Positions 17,075 to 26,003 of a stretch of DNA of 29,581 nt are shown here, in pieces. A program made the position numbers and the translations under genes. The notes under the pieces are model-generated. The model had not been told where the DNA came from, did not search any database, and worked only from the letters and a program-made list of their open reading frames with translations. The stretch's first letter is position 1; each line of letters starts with the position of its first letter. This stretch comes from a virus (Duplodnaviria; Caudoviricetes): IMG/VR virus record IMGVR_UViG_3300014208_001439, positions 1 to 29,581 of that record. One strand, written 5' to 3'.

Positions 17075-18032
17075 ATTTTTTCAGCCAATCAACAACTTGA
17101 GTAAATCCCTCTCTTAATGAGTATTTGTTTTTATACTTGTAGATTTTTTCAAACTTAGTATTGTTTGCTCCTCTTGCTAACACCCCAGATGGTTTGCTAT
17201 TTTCATGGATGAATTTTTTAGGAACATCAACAATCTCACAGAGTAACTCTGCGGTATCCATAACGCTAACTAGCTCACTACTTGCTACATTTACCGGACC
17301 ATAATAAGGCATAGTAAGTATTCTGTAGATTTTTTCAACTGCGTCATCGATGTAACAGAAAGTCCTTAACTGCGAACCATCTCCCCAGATTTGAATTGGT
17401 TTGCCTGTTTTTTTTGATTCAATAACTTTTCTAGCAATAGAAGGGGGAAATTTAGCTCTCTCGCCTTCCCACTCCTGGCCAGGACCATAGATGGTATGAA
17501 AAATGCCGACTCTAGCATCGATGGGTGATCGCTCACAAAGTCTGGTCATCATTAGTTTTTCCCATCCATACATCTGATCACTATTTGCCGGGTAGATTTC
17601 ATCCTCAGAGGCAATAAAAGGATTTGAGGTATCTTGTTGTTTATGAATTGGGTAAATACAAGCTGAGGAAGAATAAAATAGCCGTTTAATTTTGTACTGT
17701 TCACAAATCTTTAAAATATTAATATCCATCTGCATGTTGTTAAGATAAGGGTAATAGTCGTGGGTACTAAAATAACCAACCCCACCCATGTCAGAAGCAA
17801 AGTGAAGTACCCAGTCAATATTTTCTAATTCAAAAACAAACTCAAGGTCTTCAAAATTCCTGACATCAGTTCTATATTTTTTATCACAAACTAACCACCG
17901 CTCGTGCCTAATTTCTGGGAAATTAATATCTAATCCGATAACTGTGTAACCTTTAGATTTTAAAAAAGAAGCCATGTGGGAGCCAATAAATCCACCGGCT
18001 CCGGTGATTAGAACATTTACATTCCTGCCCAT
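17064..18032 (-). CDS. NAD-dependent epimerase, GDP-mannose 3,5-epimerase-like
   Basis: TGAGGFIGSH, ASDMGGVGY, FYSSSACIYP, YGWEKL (YxxxK) and IWGDGSQLRTF. Confidence 0.9.
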   Translation of the reverse strand: MGRNVNVLITGAGGFIGSHMASFLKSKGYTVIGLDINFPEIRHERWLVCDKKYRTDVRNFEDLEFVFELENIDWVLHFASDMGGVGYFSTHDYYPYLNNMQMDINILKICEQYKIKRLFYSSSACIYPIHKQQDTSNPFIASEDEIYPANSDQMYGWEKLMMTRLCERSPIDARVGIFHTIYGPGQEWEGERAKFPPSIARKVIESKKTGKPIQIWGDGSQLRTFCYIDDAVEKIYRILTMPYYGPVNVASSELVSVMDTAELLCEIVDVPKKFIHENSKPSGVLARGANNTKFEKIYKYKNKYSLREGFTQVVDWLKKSNK

Positions 18033-18676
18033 AAATGTTTCCTTTCCTGATAAAGAGCTCCATCAGCATCGGCTCTTCTTCTAGTTTTCTTGTAAGTTTC
18101 ATCCATTGGAGATAGTCCAAAAGTAAAGTGAAGGTGTTCAACAACTGACTCAGTGCAGGGAGTAAAAATGCCCCTATGTTTTGCCGTACCTATAAATTCT
18201 CTATCAGTCCAGTTATGATCGTACCCTTCAAATAATATTGGCGCCGAACCATCGACCACACCTCCAATTTTCCTAATATACTCTCCACTGACTAGATAGT
18301 GAGTTGCATGCTCTCCCCTTTGAACCTCTTGATTATGAAGATCATTAGTGCCAACGACCAGGAAGTCACCACTCATTTTTTCTAAAGATTTTTCTAGCCA
18401 TTTTCCATCAAATCTTAAATCGTCAGCTCCGGCAAAAAAAGCATCTGAATTGAGACACTCCCAGGCACTATTTATCGCTCCTGCGTAGTTTGGTGTTCTG
18501 TGATTGATAATTGCAATTGCCCCGGCCTTTACTGCTTCCTCATAAGAAATCATGTCGTTTCTCTCAACAATGCAGACTATCCTATGTTGCCCTTTAGTAA
18601 ACTCTTCAACACGCGAAATATAATCTTTGAGTTTTTGGGATCTACCAAATGTGGGGATATAAATATCAACAATCAT
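18017..18676 (-). CDS. Glycosyltransferase, GT2/GT-A fold
   Basis: IYIPTFGR, AGAINSA, GADD (DxD-like) and HNWTDREF...VEHLH. Confidence 0.85.
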   Translation of the reverse strand: MIVDIYIPTFGRSQKLKDYISRVEEFTKGQHRIVCIVERNDMISYEEAVKAGAIAIINHRTPNYAGAINSAWECLNSDAFFAGADDLRFDGKWLEKSLEKMSGDFLVVGTNDLHNQEVQRGEHATHYLVSGEYIRKIGGVVDGSAPILFEGYDHNWTDREFIGTAKHRGIFTPCTESVVEHLHFTFGLSPMDETYKKTRRRADADGALYQERKHLWAGM

Positions 18677-20541
18677 ATTAATTCTAGTAGCTGTTTAGCT
18701 ACATTTTTACTATTAAATTTTTCGATGTCTTTTGGTGGGACAACTATGTATTTTGAAAGAATTTTGCCATTTTCGTCGACATCGTAGATTAGGGCTGCTT
18801 TACCACAGACCCATCCCTCAATTGCAGTCCTGCCTACATATATGGAGGCCACCATCTCGCAATTTTTAGTATATTTTTCTGTTTCCCAGGTTGGAGGGTT
18901 TTCTTGATCTCTGCCTACAAATTTGACGGTCAATCCTTTTTCTTCGGCTACATTCCTGATATCTTTTATTACTTTCTTTCTCAGGTAGTCTTTAGGACCA
19001 ATGAATAAAATTGATTTATCACTTGAGGTGTCCTGAGTATTAAACCTCTCAAAGTCAATCGGGTTCATTATCACACTGACTTGGTCAGGGTGTATGCCTT
19101 CCTTTATTATTTTGTTTTTTATTGAGTCTCTGACAGCCACATAGTGATCACAGCCTTTAACTGGTTTTTCAATAGGCCAAAGAGAGTCATTTTCTGAGTG
19201 AATTACATTGATAATGGGACAGGTAAATAGCTTAGAAAGCAACTGAGTTGGTTGATTGTGTGAAGAAATGATTAGATCTGGAGATAATGATCCTACCTCT
19301 GGAAAATCGACACATTCTATGCCTTCATTTTCGGCTTTTTCTTTTAAAAGACCACCACAGCTCGATAGAATTGTGACATTATGGCCAAATGATTTAAGAG
19401 CTCGGCCTAATTCGTAGGTGTAAAGCTCTGACCCAGTTAAATCAGCAAATTTGATGCAAGAAAGGACAATATTTAACTCTTTCTTATTTATGATTGAAAG
19501 TTTGGGTGTTTCTAAAATAGGTTGGTCTGAGACGATTGCTTCAATGTACTTTTTGTACCTATCAACATAATGGGTGAGATAATTGTTTGGAAGATAAGAT
19601 GTAAAATTTTCTTTATGGATTTGTTTCTCTAGGGCTTCGATCCATTCCTTAGTGGTCTCAACTAAGCTTATTCCATTAATTTGCGAGGAAAGTTCCTGAT
19701 ATGGCCTAACATTGGAAGCAATCACTGGAATGTCAAAAATCAATGCTTCCTGGGCTTTGATAGAAGATTTTGAGTCATTGAAAACATTGTCTTCAAGAGG
19801 ACAAAGGGCTACATCAACATCTTTGTAAAACCCGGGTAAAACTGACTTTGCAAATTTTTCATAGTCACTAGTACCTTCAAAACATTCAACTTGTGGCATG
19901 CCTTGCTGGAAGTCATCCGGTAGACCACCCAATATCTTCAATTTTGTATCAGGGTATTTTCCTAAGATATAGCTCATTGCTCCCCAAAATGGTGTATGGA
20001 AAAAATCAGAGTGATGTGTCATTCCGCCTTGCCAACTAAAGACAGTTCCAGAGTGCCCTTCTTTTATTGCTGGTAAATAAAAATTAGGGTTAATTTTATT
20101 TTCAAGTACAAATGGAGGGGGTAAGGAAGGATCCCGATATTTTGAATAAACTCGAGCTAAGTGGTTTGTTGAGACAGTGAGGAAGGTAGCATTTTTAATA
20201 AGCCAAATAATAGTTTTAAATGCTCTACTATTTGAGGGATATTGTTGTTTGACTGGGTTGTAGGGAGAAAGATTGGTAAAGTCATCATCGAAATCAACAG
20301 AAAAAGGAATTTTCTTATCGACCAATTCTTTGATAAAAACTGGGTTATCTAGGTAAGAAAACCACACTAGATCATAGTTAGAGTAATTAGCTGGTTTTTG
20401 ACCATTAATTTCATCTATCTGCCATCCGGTAATTTTAGCCAATTCTCGAAGGGGAGAAATAGTCCGCCAATAATCGACAGGGGACAATCTATCTTTACCA
20501 GTTAGCGACCTAGTGTGGGTTCTTACCGCTGCTATTTTCAT
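18673..20541 (-). CDS. Double glycosyltransferase with two GT4/GT-B-like modules
   Basis: N-module YWR..P, VDFDDD, LTVST and PLEDNVFNDSKSSIK..E; C-module TGSELYTYELGRAL, NPIDFERF and GRTAIEG. Confidence 0.85.
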   Translation of the reverse strand: MKIAAVRTHTRSLTGKDRLSPVDYWRTISPLRELAKITGWQIDEINGQKPANYSNYDLVWFSYLDNPVFIKELVDKKIPFSVDFDDDFTNLSPYNPVKQQYPSNSRAFKTIIWLIKNATFLTVSTNHLARVYSKYRDPSLPPPFVLENKINPNFYLPAIKEGHSGTVFSWQGGMTHHSDFFHTPFWGAMSYILGKYPDTKLKILGGLPDDFQQGMPQVECFEGTSDYEKFAKSVLPGFYKDVDVALCPLEDNVFNDSKSSIKAQEALIFDIPVIASNVRPYQELSSQINGISLVETTKEWIEALEKQIHKENFTSYLPNNYLTHYVDRYKKYIEAIVSDQPILETPKLSIINKKELNIVLSCIKFADLTGSELYTYELGRALKSFGHNVTILSSCGGLLKEKAENEGIECVDFPEVGSLSPDLIISSHNQPTQLLSKLFTCPIINVIHSENDSLWPIEKPVKGCDHYVAVRDSIKNKIIKEGIHPDQVSVIMNPIDFERFNTQDTSSDKSILFIGPKDYLRKKVIKDIRNVAEEKGLTVKFVGRDQENPPTWETEKYTKNCEMVASIYVGRTAIEGWVCGKAALIYDVDENGKILSKYIVVPPKDIEKFNSKNVAKQLLELI

Positions 20542-20546
20542 ACTCT

Positions 20547-21107
20547 TTATAGATTATTAGCAGCAATAAATTCATCATCTAAAAGAGCTCTGATTGAGAT
20601 ATCTGGGATTCTCAATTTTTTAGCAATCATTTCATAATTCAAAGCACCTGATTGCCAAGCGATCTCTAATTGAGTTCTTATTTCAGCTCTCATTCTTTTG
20701 GCCTCTGGGGAATTTATAATCCATGAATAGCCATCTCTTATGGCCTCAACATCTTCATCTCCATAATGCAAAACAACATTCTTTTTGATTTTTTGGATGT
20801 CCAAAAGACCTTCTTTTGTAGCCAAAGCCATGTTGATTGATTGGATTATTTCAGTAAATAATTGTTCTGATGTTTTTGCTGATATGGATTTTTTAACTAT
20901 TGGTCGTGCCGGTGCATTTTCTTCATCTTCCGACATTTCTTCTTCGTCCAGATCAAGATCTGTAGGATTTTTAGCTGCTCTGATTCTAGCAATTAAATCT
21001 GCTTTTTTACCTTCCTTACTAATTCCTAACTCGGCTGCTAGTTGCCATAATTCAGCCATAGTAGCCTCTTCTAAGGGCCTAGATTGGTTTTGTAATTCTT
21101 CGCTCAT
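20547..21107 (-). CDS. SAP/HeH (Rho-N-like) domain protein
   Basis: N-terminal LEEATMAELWQLAAELGISKEGKKADLIARI motif followed by an acidic linker. Confidence 0.7.
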   Translation of the reverse strand: MSEELQNQSRPLEEATMAELWQLAAELGISKEGKKADLIARIRAAKNPTDLDLDEEEMSEDEENAPARPIVKKSISAKTSEQLFTEIIQSINMALATKEGLLDIQKIKKNVVLHYGDEDVEAIRDGYSWIINSPEAKRMRAEIRTQLEIAWQSGALNYEMIAKKLRIPDISIRALLDDEFIAANNL

Positions 21108-21499
21108 TTGAGCCTCCTTTTTTGTTTTATTACTATTGACTCTGCGTAAATCGGGTCGTGCCGGTGCATTTTCTTAATAATTGAGTCTCTTACTCCGGGT
21201 GATTCGATGTAACGGTGAATGTCTTTTTCTATTCTGTCGATGTTAATTTGGGCTTCGGCCAATGCTCTTTTTTGTTTATCTGTGGGGGCTTCGTCTTCTT
21301 CGGGAACATGTCTGAGGCCGTATCTAACCCAGCGAGCTAATTCATTACGCATTTTTTCTATTGTTGGGTCTTTTGTTTGTTCAAAAACACTCTCTAAAAT
21401 TGAGTTTCTTCTATTTGTCTTACCTTCACTACCAATATTGTCAGCTTCATCTCTGGCAAGTTCTAATAATTCAAGTTCTGCTTCTCTTGTTGTCTTCAT
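21104..21499 (-). CDS. Hypothetical phage protein
   Basis: 131-aa helical ORF with an ATGA overlap to the next gene. Confidence 0.7.
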   Translation of the reverse strand: MKTTREAELELLELARDEADNIGSEGKTNRRNSILESVFEQTKDPTIEKMRNELARWVRYGLRHVPEEDEAPTDKQKRALAEAQINIDRIEKDIHRYIESPGVRDSIIKKMHRHDPIYAESIVIKQKRRLK

Positions 21500-21511
21500 A
21501 CTCTTTTGTCA

Positions 21512-21542
21512 TTAGGAGGGGTGAGATTATCACCCCTCCTAA
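21512..21542. terminator. Perfect 13-bp hairpin downstream of the capsid gene (terminator or mRNA stabiliser)
   Basis: TTAGGAGGGGTGA-gatta-TCACCCCTCCTAA; no U-tract on the minus strand. Confidence 0.6.
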
Positions 21543-21566
21543 CTAACTAATTTCTACTATCTCTTA

Positions 21567-22484
21567 TCAGGCCGTAACACCAACTTTTAGGTTGTAGATC
21601 CAAGTTGCGATCAACACCTTAGCGACATAAGATCCAGCCCAAGAAATGGTACTGTATCTGTCAGCTGGGTTTGAGGTATCGGTCTTACCAGGAACTTTGA
21701 TATACAACTGAGGCATATCACCTTCAAGATCGTGTTCACCAACGGCACCTCTTCCATGGAAGAAGTTGGAGTAAACATCAACAGTGGAGCTTTCATATTT
21801 TTGATTTGTAGTCTCTACAAATCTGGCGCCACCTAGTTTACCAATTTCTCCGTTGTAAACAGCTTTGCCCTCTTTGTTGTAGACATTAACATCAGTCCAA
21901 GTAGCATCACCCATCAAGTCAAAACTTGAATCTGGGCCGACTTTACCAATGTAATTGCCGTCCTTGTAACGTAAGGCCTTTTGTTTTTTGAGGGATCTAA
22001 CAACTCTTCGAGTCTCTAAGTAGTCAAGAGTATCGGTAACAGCCACATCAGACAAAGCTGATTTTCCACTTGGAAGTAGAGCTGTCGCTCCTGAGTACAT
22101 AGCATCTCTTGCTAATTCATCAAGGGTCTCACCCATGTTTTGACCAACTAGTTCAACCTTTTCATCAGCGTCAACATCGATGGAAGCTAACTTCAAGACC
22201 TTACTGATTTTTACGGTCGTGCCGTATTCAGCCAGACTTAAAGTGACAGTGGTTCCAGCGACTGACACCTCACTGGGGTTGGTACCTTGAGTCAAGGGAG
22301 TTGTAGCCTTAGGCAGTGGGGTTAAGCGGTTAAAAGTAGTGGTAGTACCAGAACCTTTTTTTTGCTTACCTTGCTGTAGACCCTCACGATGAGTGAGAAG
22401 TTCCTTAGCGGTTTCCAAAAATTTAGCACTGTAGTAGGTCATTACTTCGTCAGTACGATTTAGGGTTGTATTTGTATATGACAT
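21567..22484 (-). CDS. Major capsid protein, N4-gp56 family (HK97 fold)
   Basis: TPLTQGTNP, LAEYG, MGETLD, GEIGKLGGARFVET and DTSNPADRYSTISW. Confidence 0.9.
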   Translation of the reverse strand: MSYTNTTLNRTDEVMTYYSAKFLETAKELLTHREGLQQGKQKKGSGTTTTFNRLTPLPKATTPLTQGTNPSEVSVAGTTVTLSLAEYGTTVKISKVLKLASIDVDADEKVELVGQNMGETLDELARDAMYSGATALLPSGKSALSDVAVTDTLDYLETRRVVRSLKKQKALRYKDGNYIGKVGPDSSFDLMGDATWTDVNVYNKEGKAVYNGEIGKLGGARFVETTNQKYESSTVDVYSNFFHGRGAVGEHDLEGDMPQLYIKVPGKTDTSNPADRYSTISWAGSYVAKVLIATWIYNLKVGVTA

Positions 22485-22495
22485 TTCTTTTCTTT

Positions 22496-23305
22496 CTAGT
22501 CATTGCTACGCGGCAATCTACTAGCAAGCTCTGAGGCTACTTTCCCTGGATTACTCCAAAGATTGTTTTGCAAAGTTTTAAGGCTACTGCCTCCTGAGTT
22601 ACTTTGGCCAGCATTAGGAGTTATTGCTCCTTCTGCTATTTGTTTGGCCAACTCAGCATTTGCATTTTCAGTTCCCTGAATAGCTGTTAATTTCAAAGCT
22701 TCTTTTAGTTGTGCGTACATTTGACTTGGTTTTTGTACTGGCACAAGGAATCGATTACCCTTCTCATCTGTTCGAAGATTTGCTGCTTGAAGCTGATCAG
22801 TCAACATTTTGTTGATTGACTCGGCTAGTTTGGGGTTATCTTTGAAATCTTCAAGTATTTGTTCTCCAACTTCCTCAATTTCTGAAACGAAATTTTCAGT
22901 TTGTTGTCGATACTCTTGGATCTCTCGATCTAACTGGATCGCCCTAGCTGCTTCAACTGCTGCCATTTGTTTGACCTGATCGGGGGTAAAAAACCCATTT
23001 TCATCAGGTTGCGGTTCTGGCATTGCATTAAGAAGATCGGTAAACGATCCTCCCTGCTTACCCTTATCGAGTAGTTGATGCAATCTCTTCTCCGCTCGAG
23101 TTGGTTGTCTCTTTTCCTCATGTTGTTGCTGACCCTCATCCTTTTGATCGACTTTAGTTTGCGTTTCATCAGGGGTTTGACCCTCCTCTGTACTAGCATT
23201 TTCGTCAACCTCGGTTTGATCCTCAGTAACTGTCGTTTCTTGATTTTCAACTTGCGAAGTTGGCTCCTGTAACGATTCAGGGGCGGTTTGCTCGTTTGTT
23301 AGCAT
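22496..23305 (-). CDS. Capsid scaffolding protein
   Basis: Acidic disordered N-terminus, RAEKRLHQL motif and coiled coil; immediately upstream of the capsid gene. Confidence 0.75.
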   Translation of the reverse strand: MLTNEQTAPESLQEPTSQVENQETTVTEDQTEVDENASTEEGQTPDETQTKVDQKDEGQQQHEEKRQPTRAEKRLHQLLDKGKQGGSFTDLLNAMPEPQPDENGFFTPDQVKQMAAVEAARAIQLDREIQEYRQQTENFVSEIEEVGEQILEDFKDNPKLAESINKMLTDQLQAANLRTDEKGNRFLVPVQKPSQMYAQLKEALKLTAIQGTENANAELAKQIAEGAITPNAGQSNSGGSSLKTLQNNLWSNPGKVASELASRLPRSND

Positions 23306-23394
23306 AAAAACCTTTCTGCTTTTAATCTGACCAGTTAAGGATTGGTCGACCTCTCCAGAGTGTGATCTCTTGTAAAATGAGATTTAGTAAGTTC

Positions 23395-23631
23395 TCACCT
23401 TGCAAGAGCGCGCACTATTGGTTCACCTTTTTCATTTATTCCTACCAGCTGTTTGTTTATTCCCAACCAGCTAGCGTGTTTTGTTTTACAACTTATACAA
23501 ACTAACCAAGGCCCTCTTTGTCTCCATGTGTGCCCTTTGATCTCAGCTTTGGCACTCTGTAGAAGAGCCTCGACATCAACTTCTATGGACTCAGCTTCGT
23601 TCTGTGACTGTGTTTGCTGTTGATCTGACAT
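23395..23631 (-). CDS. Small putative Zn-binding protein
   Basis: HTWRQRGPWLVCISCKTKH (H..CxxC..H). Start set at ATG 23631. Confidence 0.65.
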   Translation of the reverse strand: MSDQQQTQSQNEAESIEVDVEALLQSAKAEIKGHTWRQRGPWLVCISCKTKHASWLGINKQLVGINEKGEPIVRALAR

Positions 23632-23896
23632 GGTTAATAATCCATTCCAAACGCTCACGGCAAAGCTGTGCTGAGTACATGCGAAGGCCGTATTCTTCCA
23701 TCGTTTCGTAGTCAATTTTGGTAGTATTTTTTAGCCTCTCAATATCAATGAGTAAATCTCTCTCAAGGATTTGCCAGCCAGGATTATTAGCTAGTTCAGT
23801 AATAGCCTTATCCTGATACAACGAATCTTGTGGCGGATTTATAAAGCTAGCGAAATCACCTACTGAGTGATCGATTGGAATTGCTGTGTCTGTCAT
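23591..23896 (-). CDS. Small portal-adjacent protein (Bbp19-like position)
   Basis: LANNPGWQILE helical motif; ATGA overlap with the portal stop. Confidence 0.6.
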   Translation of the reverse strand: MTDTAIPIDHSVGDFASFINPPQDSLYQDKAITELANNPGWQILERDLLIDIERLKNTTKIDYETMEEYGLRMYSAQLCRERLEWIINHVRSTANTVTERS

Positions 23897-25815
23897 TGCA
23901 TACCCTCCATGCTCATTGCGTTTGTATTTTGTTCAGGCACCACTTGGCCGAAAGCTTGCTCTAATGCACTGAGTTTTTCTTGAGTTCCCCGATCCATTGG
24001 TTCTTCTGTTTCTTGTTGTGTTTGACCTTCTTTTCCTTCTGGTGTTACTCTGTCGGAAATAATGCGATCCCAGTCTTCAACTCCAGAAGTAATGATGTGT
24101 CGTTGCATTAGTTCACCAAAGTCAATAACCTTATTACCTAAGATAATTTTTCCAGTTTGTTTGGCTTCTTGAAGTGCGTTTGGAATTTTGGTGAGAACAT
24201 CCATAATTTCACTTATGGAAAAATGTTCTTCTTGAGCATCTTTTTTGCCGGTGGTGCCAGCATCGATGTCAAATCTATATTTAAACTTGCCACCTCCGAG
24301 TGTCTCTTTATCAATCTTCATTTTTCCGTAAGTCTGAGACTCAAATATTTCAGCTAATTGACCAGCTTGGTCGGGAAAGGTGGATTTGAGTCGTTTAATT
24401 TCACCTTCAAATAAATCAAAGTTGATTGATTTTTCCTGTTTTCTAACCAGAATATCGACCATTAAGTTGAAAGATTTTTCAACCGTTTTCTCCATCTGGT
24501 ATCTATCCCAAGCATCACGACTAGATTCTCTGGCTCCCATACTTCTAATAGCTGCGGGGGTTTTACCCATACCTGGGTCAACTGAGTCAGCAGTTGCTAC
24601 ATTGGTAGTACCTGCTTGATTGAGGATAGATGCTAGCAAAGCTGAGAAAGTAGATTGGAAAGCATTTTCACTTTGTGAACCAACATTCCAGGGTCTGATT
24701 GAGTTTGGTTTTATTTCTTTCCAAGTAGCACCGGGTTTATATCCAAGACTTGAATGAATTACCCCAAGATCATCAATAATTCTTGGTGGGAAAATTTTCA
24801 TTTTTTCACCATCAAGGAATAGGTTCCAAAGAGAATTAATGGCATATTGAAGAGTTTTTCCTCTTTCAAAATCACCAAGGCCCCAGAAACGATCAATTAG
24901 TGGGAAAGCGTGTTTAACTACCACTGGAATTTCATCGTTTCCTTGGGGATTAGCAATATCTCGACAAACAGATCTATCTTTTAATGAAGCTACATCAGGA
25001 GCGTATGTAACCCACTGATCAGCTATGTATCTAGTACGAAGATGAATTAAACCAGCATTTCCTTTAACTTTAGAATCGACTCTGTTTTCTTTTTCTGCAA
25101 CAGATTGTTGTTCTTTGTCTTTATCTGCTGATTTGTCTTCAAGCTCTTTAAGGATTAAATCAATATTTTGCCAAGTGTCTGCATTTCTACTCTTAAACCA
25201 TTTTTTAGAAACCCAGGTATCGATGAAGCATCGACCCATATCATTGACTGAGTTTGCCTCTGGGAAAAAGTGTCTGATTGGTACTAACCAAGCGTCAGGC
25301 CCGATGTAGTCTTTGTCTACTCGCTGATCGATCAGACTTACATAAGAGCCATAGGCTAGAGAATAAAAGTCTTGAAGTTTAAATTTTGTAAGCAAATCAT
25401 ATTGAGAGTCAGCATTGGGAATAATGTATCTTTGAAGAATAAAGCTGAGAACTAACGATGGCAGTTTGTCTTTTGGATTATCAAGCGCTCTAACTTTACC
25501 AGTGGCATGTTGAGCCATGACTCTATTCATTCTCTCGATTATGATGGTGGATAAGCGGGGATCGAATACCTGTGACTTGGTTTGGTTGCTAATTGTGTCT
25601 AAATTACGGCCAAGTAGCAGTGACTCTTTTTCTTCCCATGAGCAGTATGGGTCATCTTTATGTTTTTTTTGATACTCTTCATCTGCTGAAAATTGCTCCT
25701 CAATTTCGTCAAACTGTTCCAGAGTGGAGAGAGTTTTTTCTTTAGTTTCCTTAGGCTGTTTTGGTTCTTCTGCCTTAGGTTGACTGATTGGTTTTCTTTT
25801 TTTCTTTTTAGACAT
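23893..25815 (-). CDS. Portal protein, podovirus type
   Basis: 640 aa; PLIDRFWGLG, LQYAINSLWNLFLD and KTPAAI segments; located between terminase and scaffold. The ORF-track extension to 25896 runs through the tRNA, so the start is set at 25815. Confidence 0.85.
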   Translation of the reverse strand: MSKKKKRKPISQPKAEEPKQPKETKEKTLSTLEQFDEIEEQFSADEEYQKKHKDDPYCSWEEKESLLLGRNLDTISNQTKSQVFDPRLSTIIIERMNRVMAQHATGKVRALDNPKDKLPSLVLSFILQRYIIPNADSQYDLLTKFKLQDFYSLAYGSYVSLIDQRVDKDYIGPDAWLVPIRHFFPEANSVNDMGRCFIDTWVSKKWFKSRNADTWQNIDLILKELEDKSADKDKEQQSVAEKENRVDSKVKGNAGLIHLRTRYIADQWVTYAPDVASLKDRSVCRDIANPQGNDEIPVVVKHAFPLIDRFWGLGDFERGKTLQYAINSLWNLFLDGEKMKIFPPRIIDDLGVIHSSLGYKPGATWKEIKPNSIRPWNVGSQSENAFQSTFSALLASILNQAGTTNVATADSVDPGMGKTPAAIRSMGARESSRDAWDRYQMEKTVEKSFNLMVDILVRKQEKSINFDLFEGEIKRLKSTFPDQAGQLAEIFESQTYGKMKIDKETLGGGKFKYRFDIDAGTTGKKDAQEEHFSISEIMDVLTKIPNALQEAKQTGKIILGNKVIDFGELMQRHIITSGVEDWDRIISDRVTPEGKEGQTQQETEEPMDRGTQEKLSALEQAFGQVVPEQNTNAMSMEGMQ

Positions 25816-25824
25816 ATAAGTTTG

Positions 25825-25895
25825 TAGCGGGGCCAGGAGTCGAACCTGAACCTGCGGGGTATGAGACCGCCGTGCTACCTCGACACTTCCCCGCA
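25825..25895 (-). tRNA. tRNA-Met(CAU), initiator-like and non-canonical
   Basis: TGCGGGG-AA-GTGT-CGAGGTA-GCAC-G-GCGGT-CTCATAC-CCCGC-AGGT-TCAGG-TTCGACT-CCTGG-CCCCGCT-A folds as a cloverleaf; CCA not encoded. Confidence 0.85.
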
Positions 25896-25915
25896 ACTAA
25901 AAGGCTTTTAGGCAC

Positions 25916-25956
25916 AAAAAAAGCGACGCCATCTCGAAATTGAGATATTGCGTCGC
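25916..25956 (-). terminator. Intrinsic terminator / attenuator before the tRNA-portal-capsid module
   Basis: GCGACGC-aat-ATCTC-aatttc-GAGAT-g-GCGTCGC followed by T7. Confidence 0.8.
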
Positions 25957-26003
25957 GCTACAAAGCCGTGTAACGAAGACTTCTATTTAACTTTCATGCT
26001 AGA

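Noticed and set aside
25816-25896. N-terminal 27-aa extension of the portal in the ORF track
   Set aside because: It is a translation through the tRNA gene; ATG 25815 is the plausible start.
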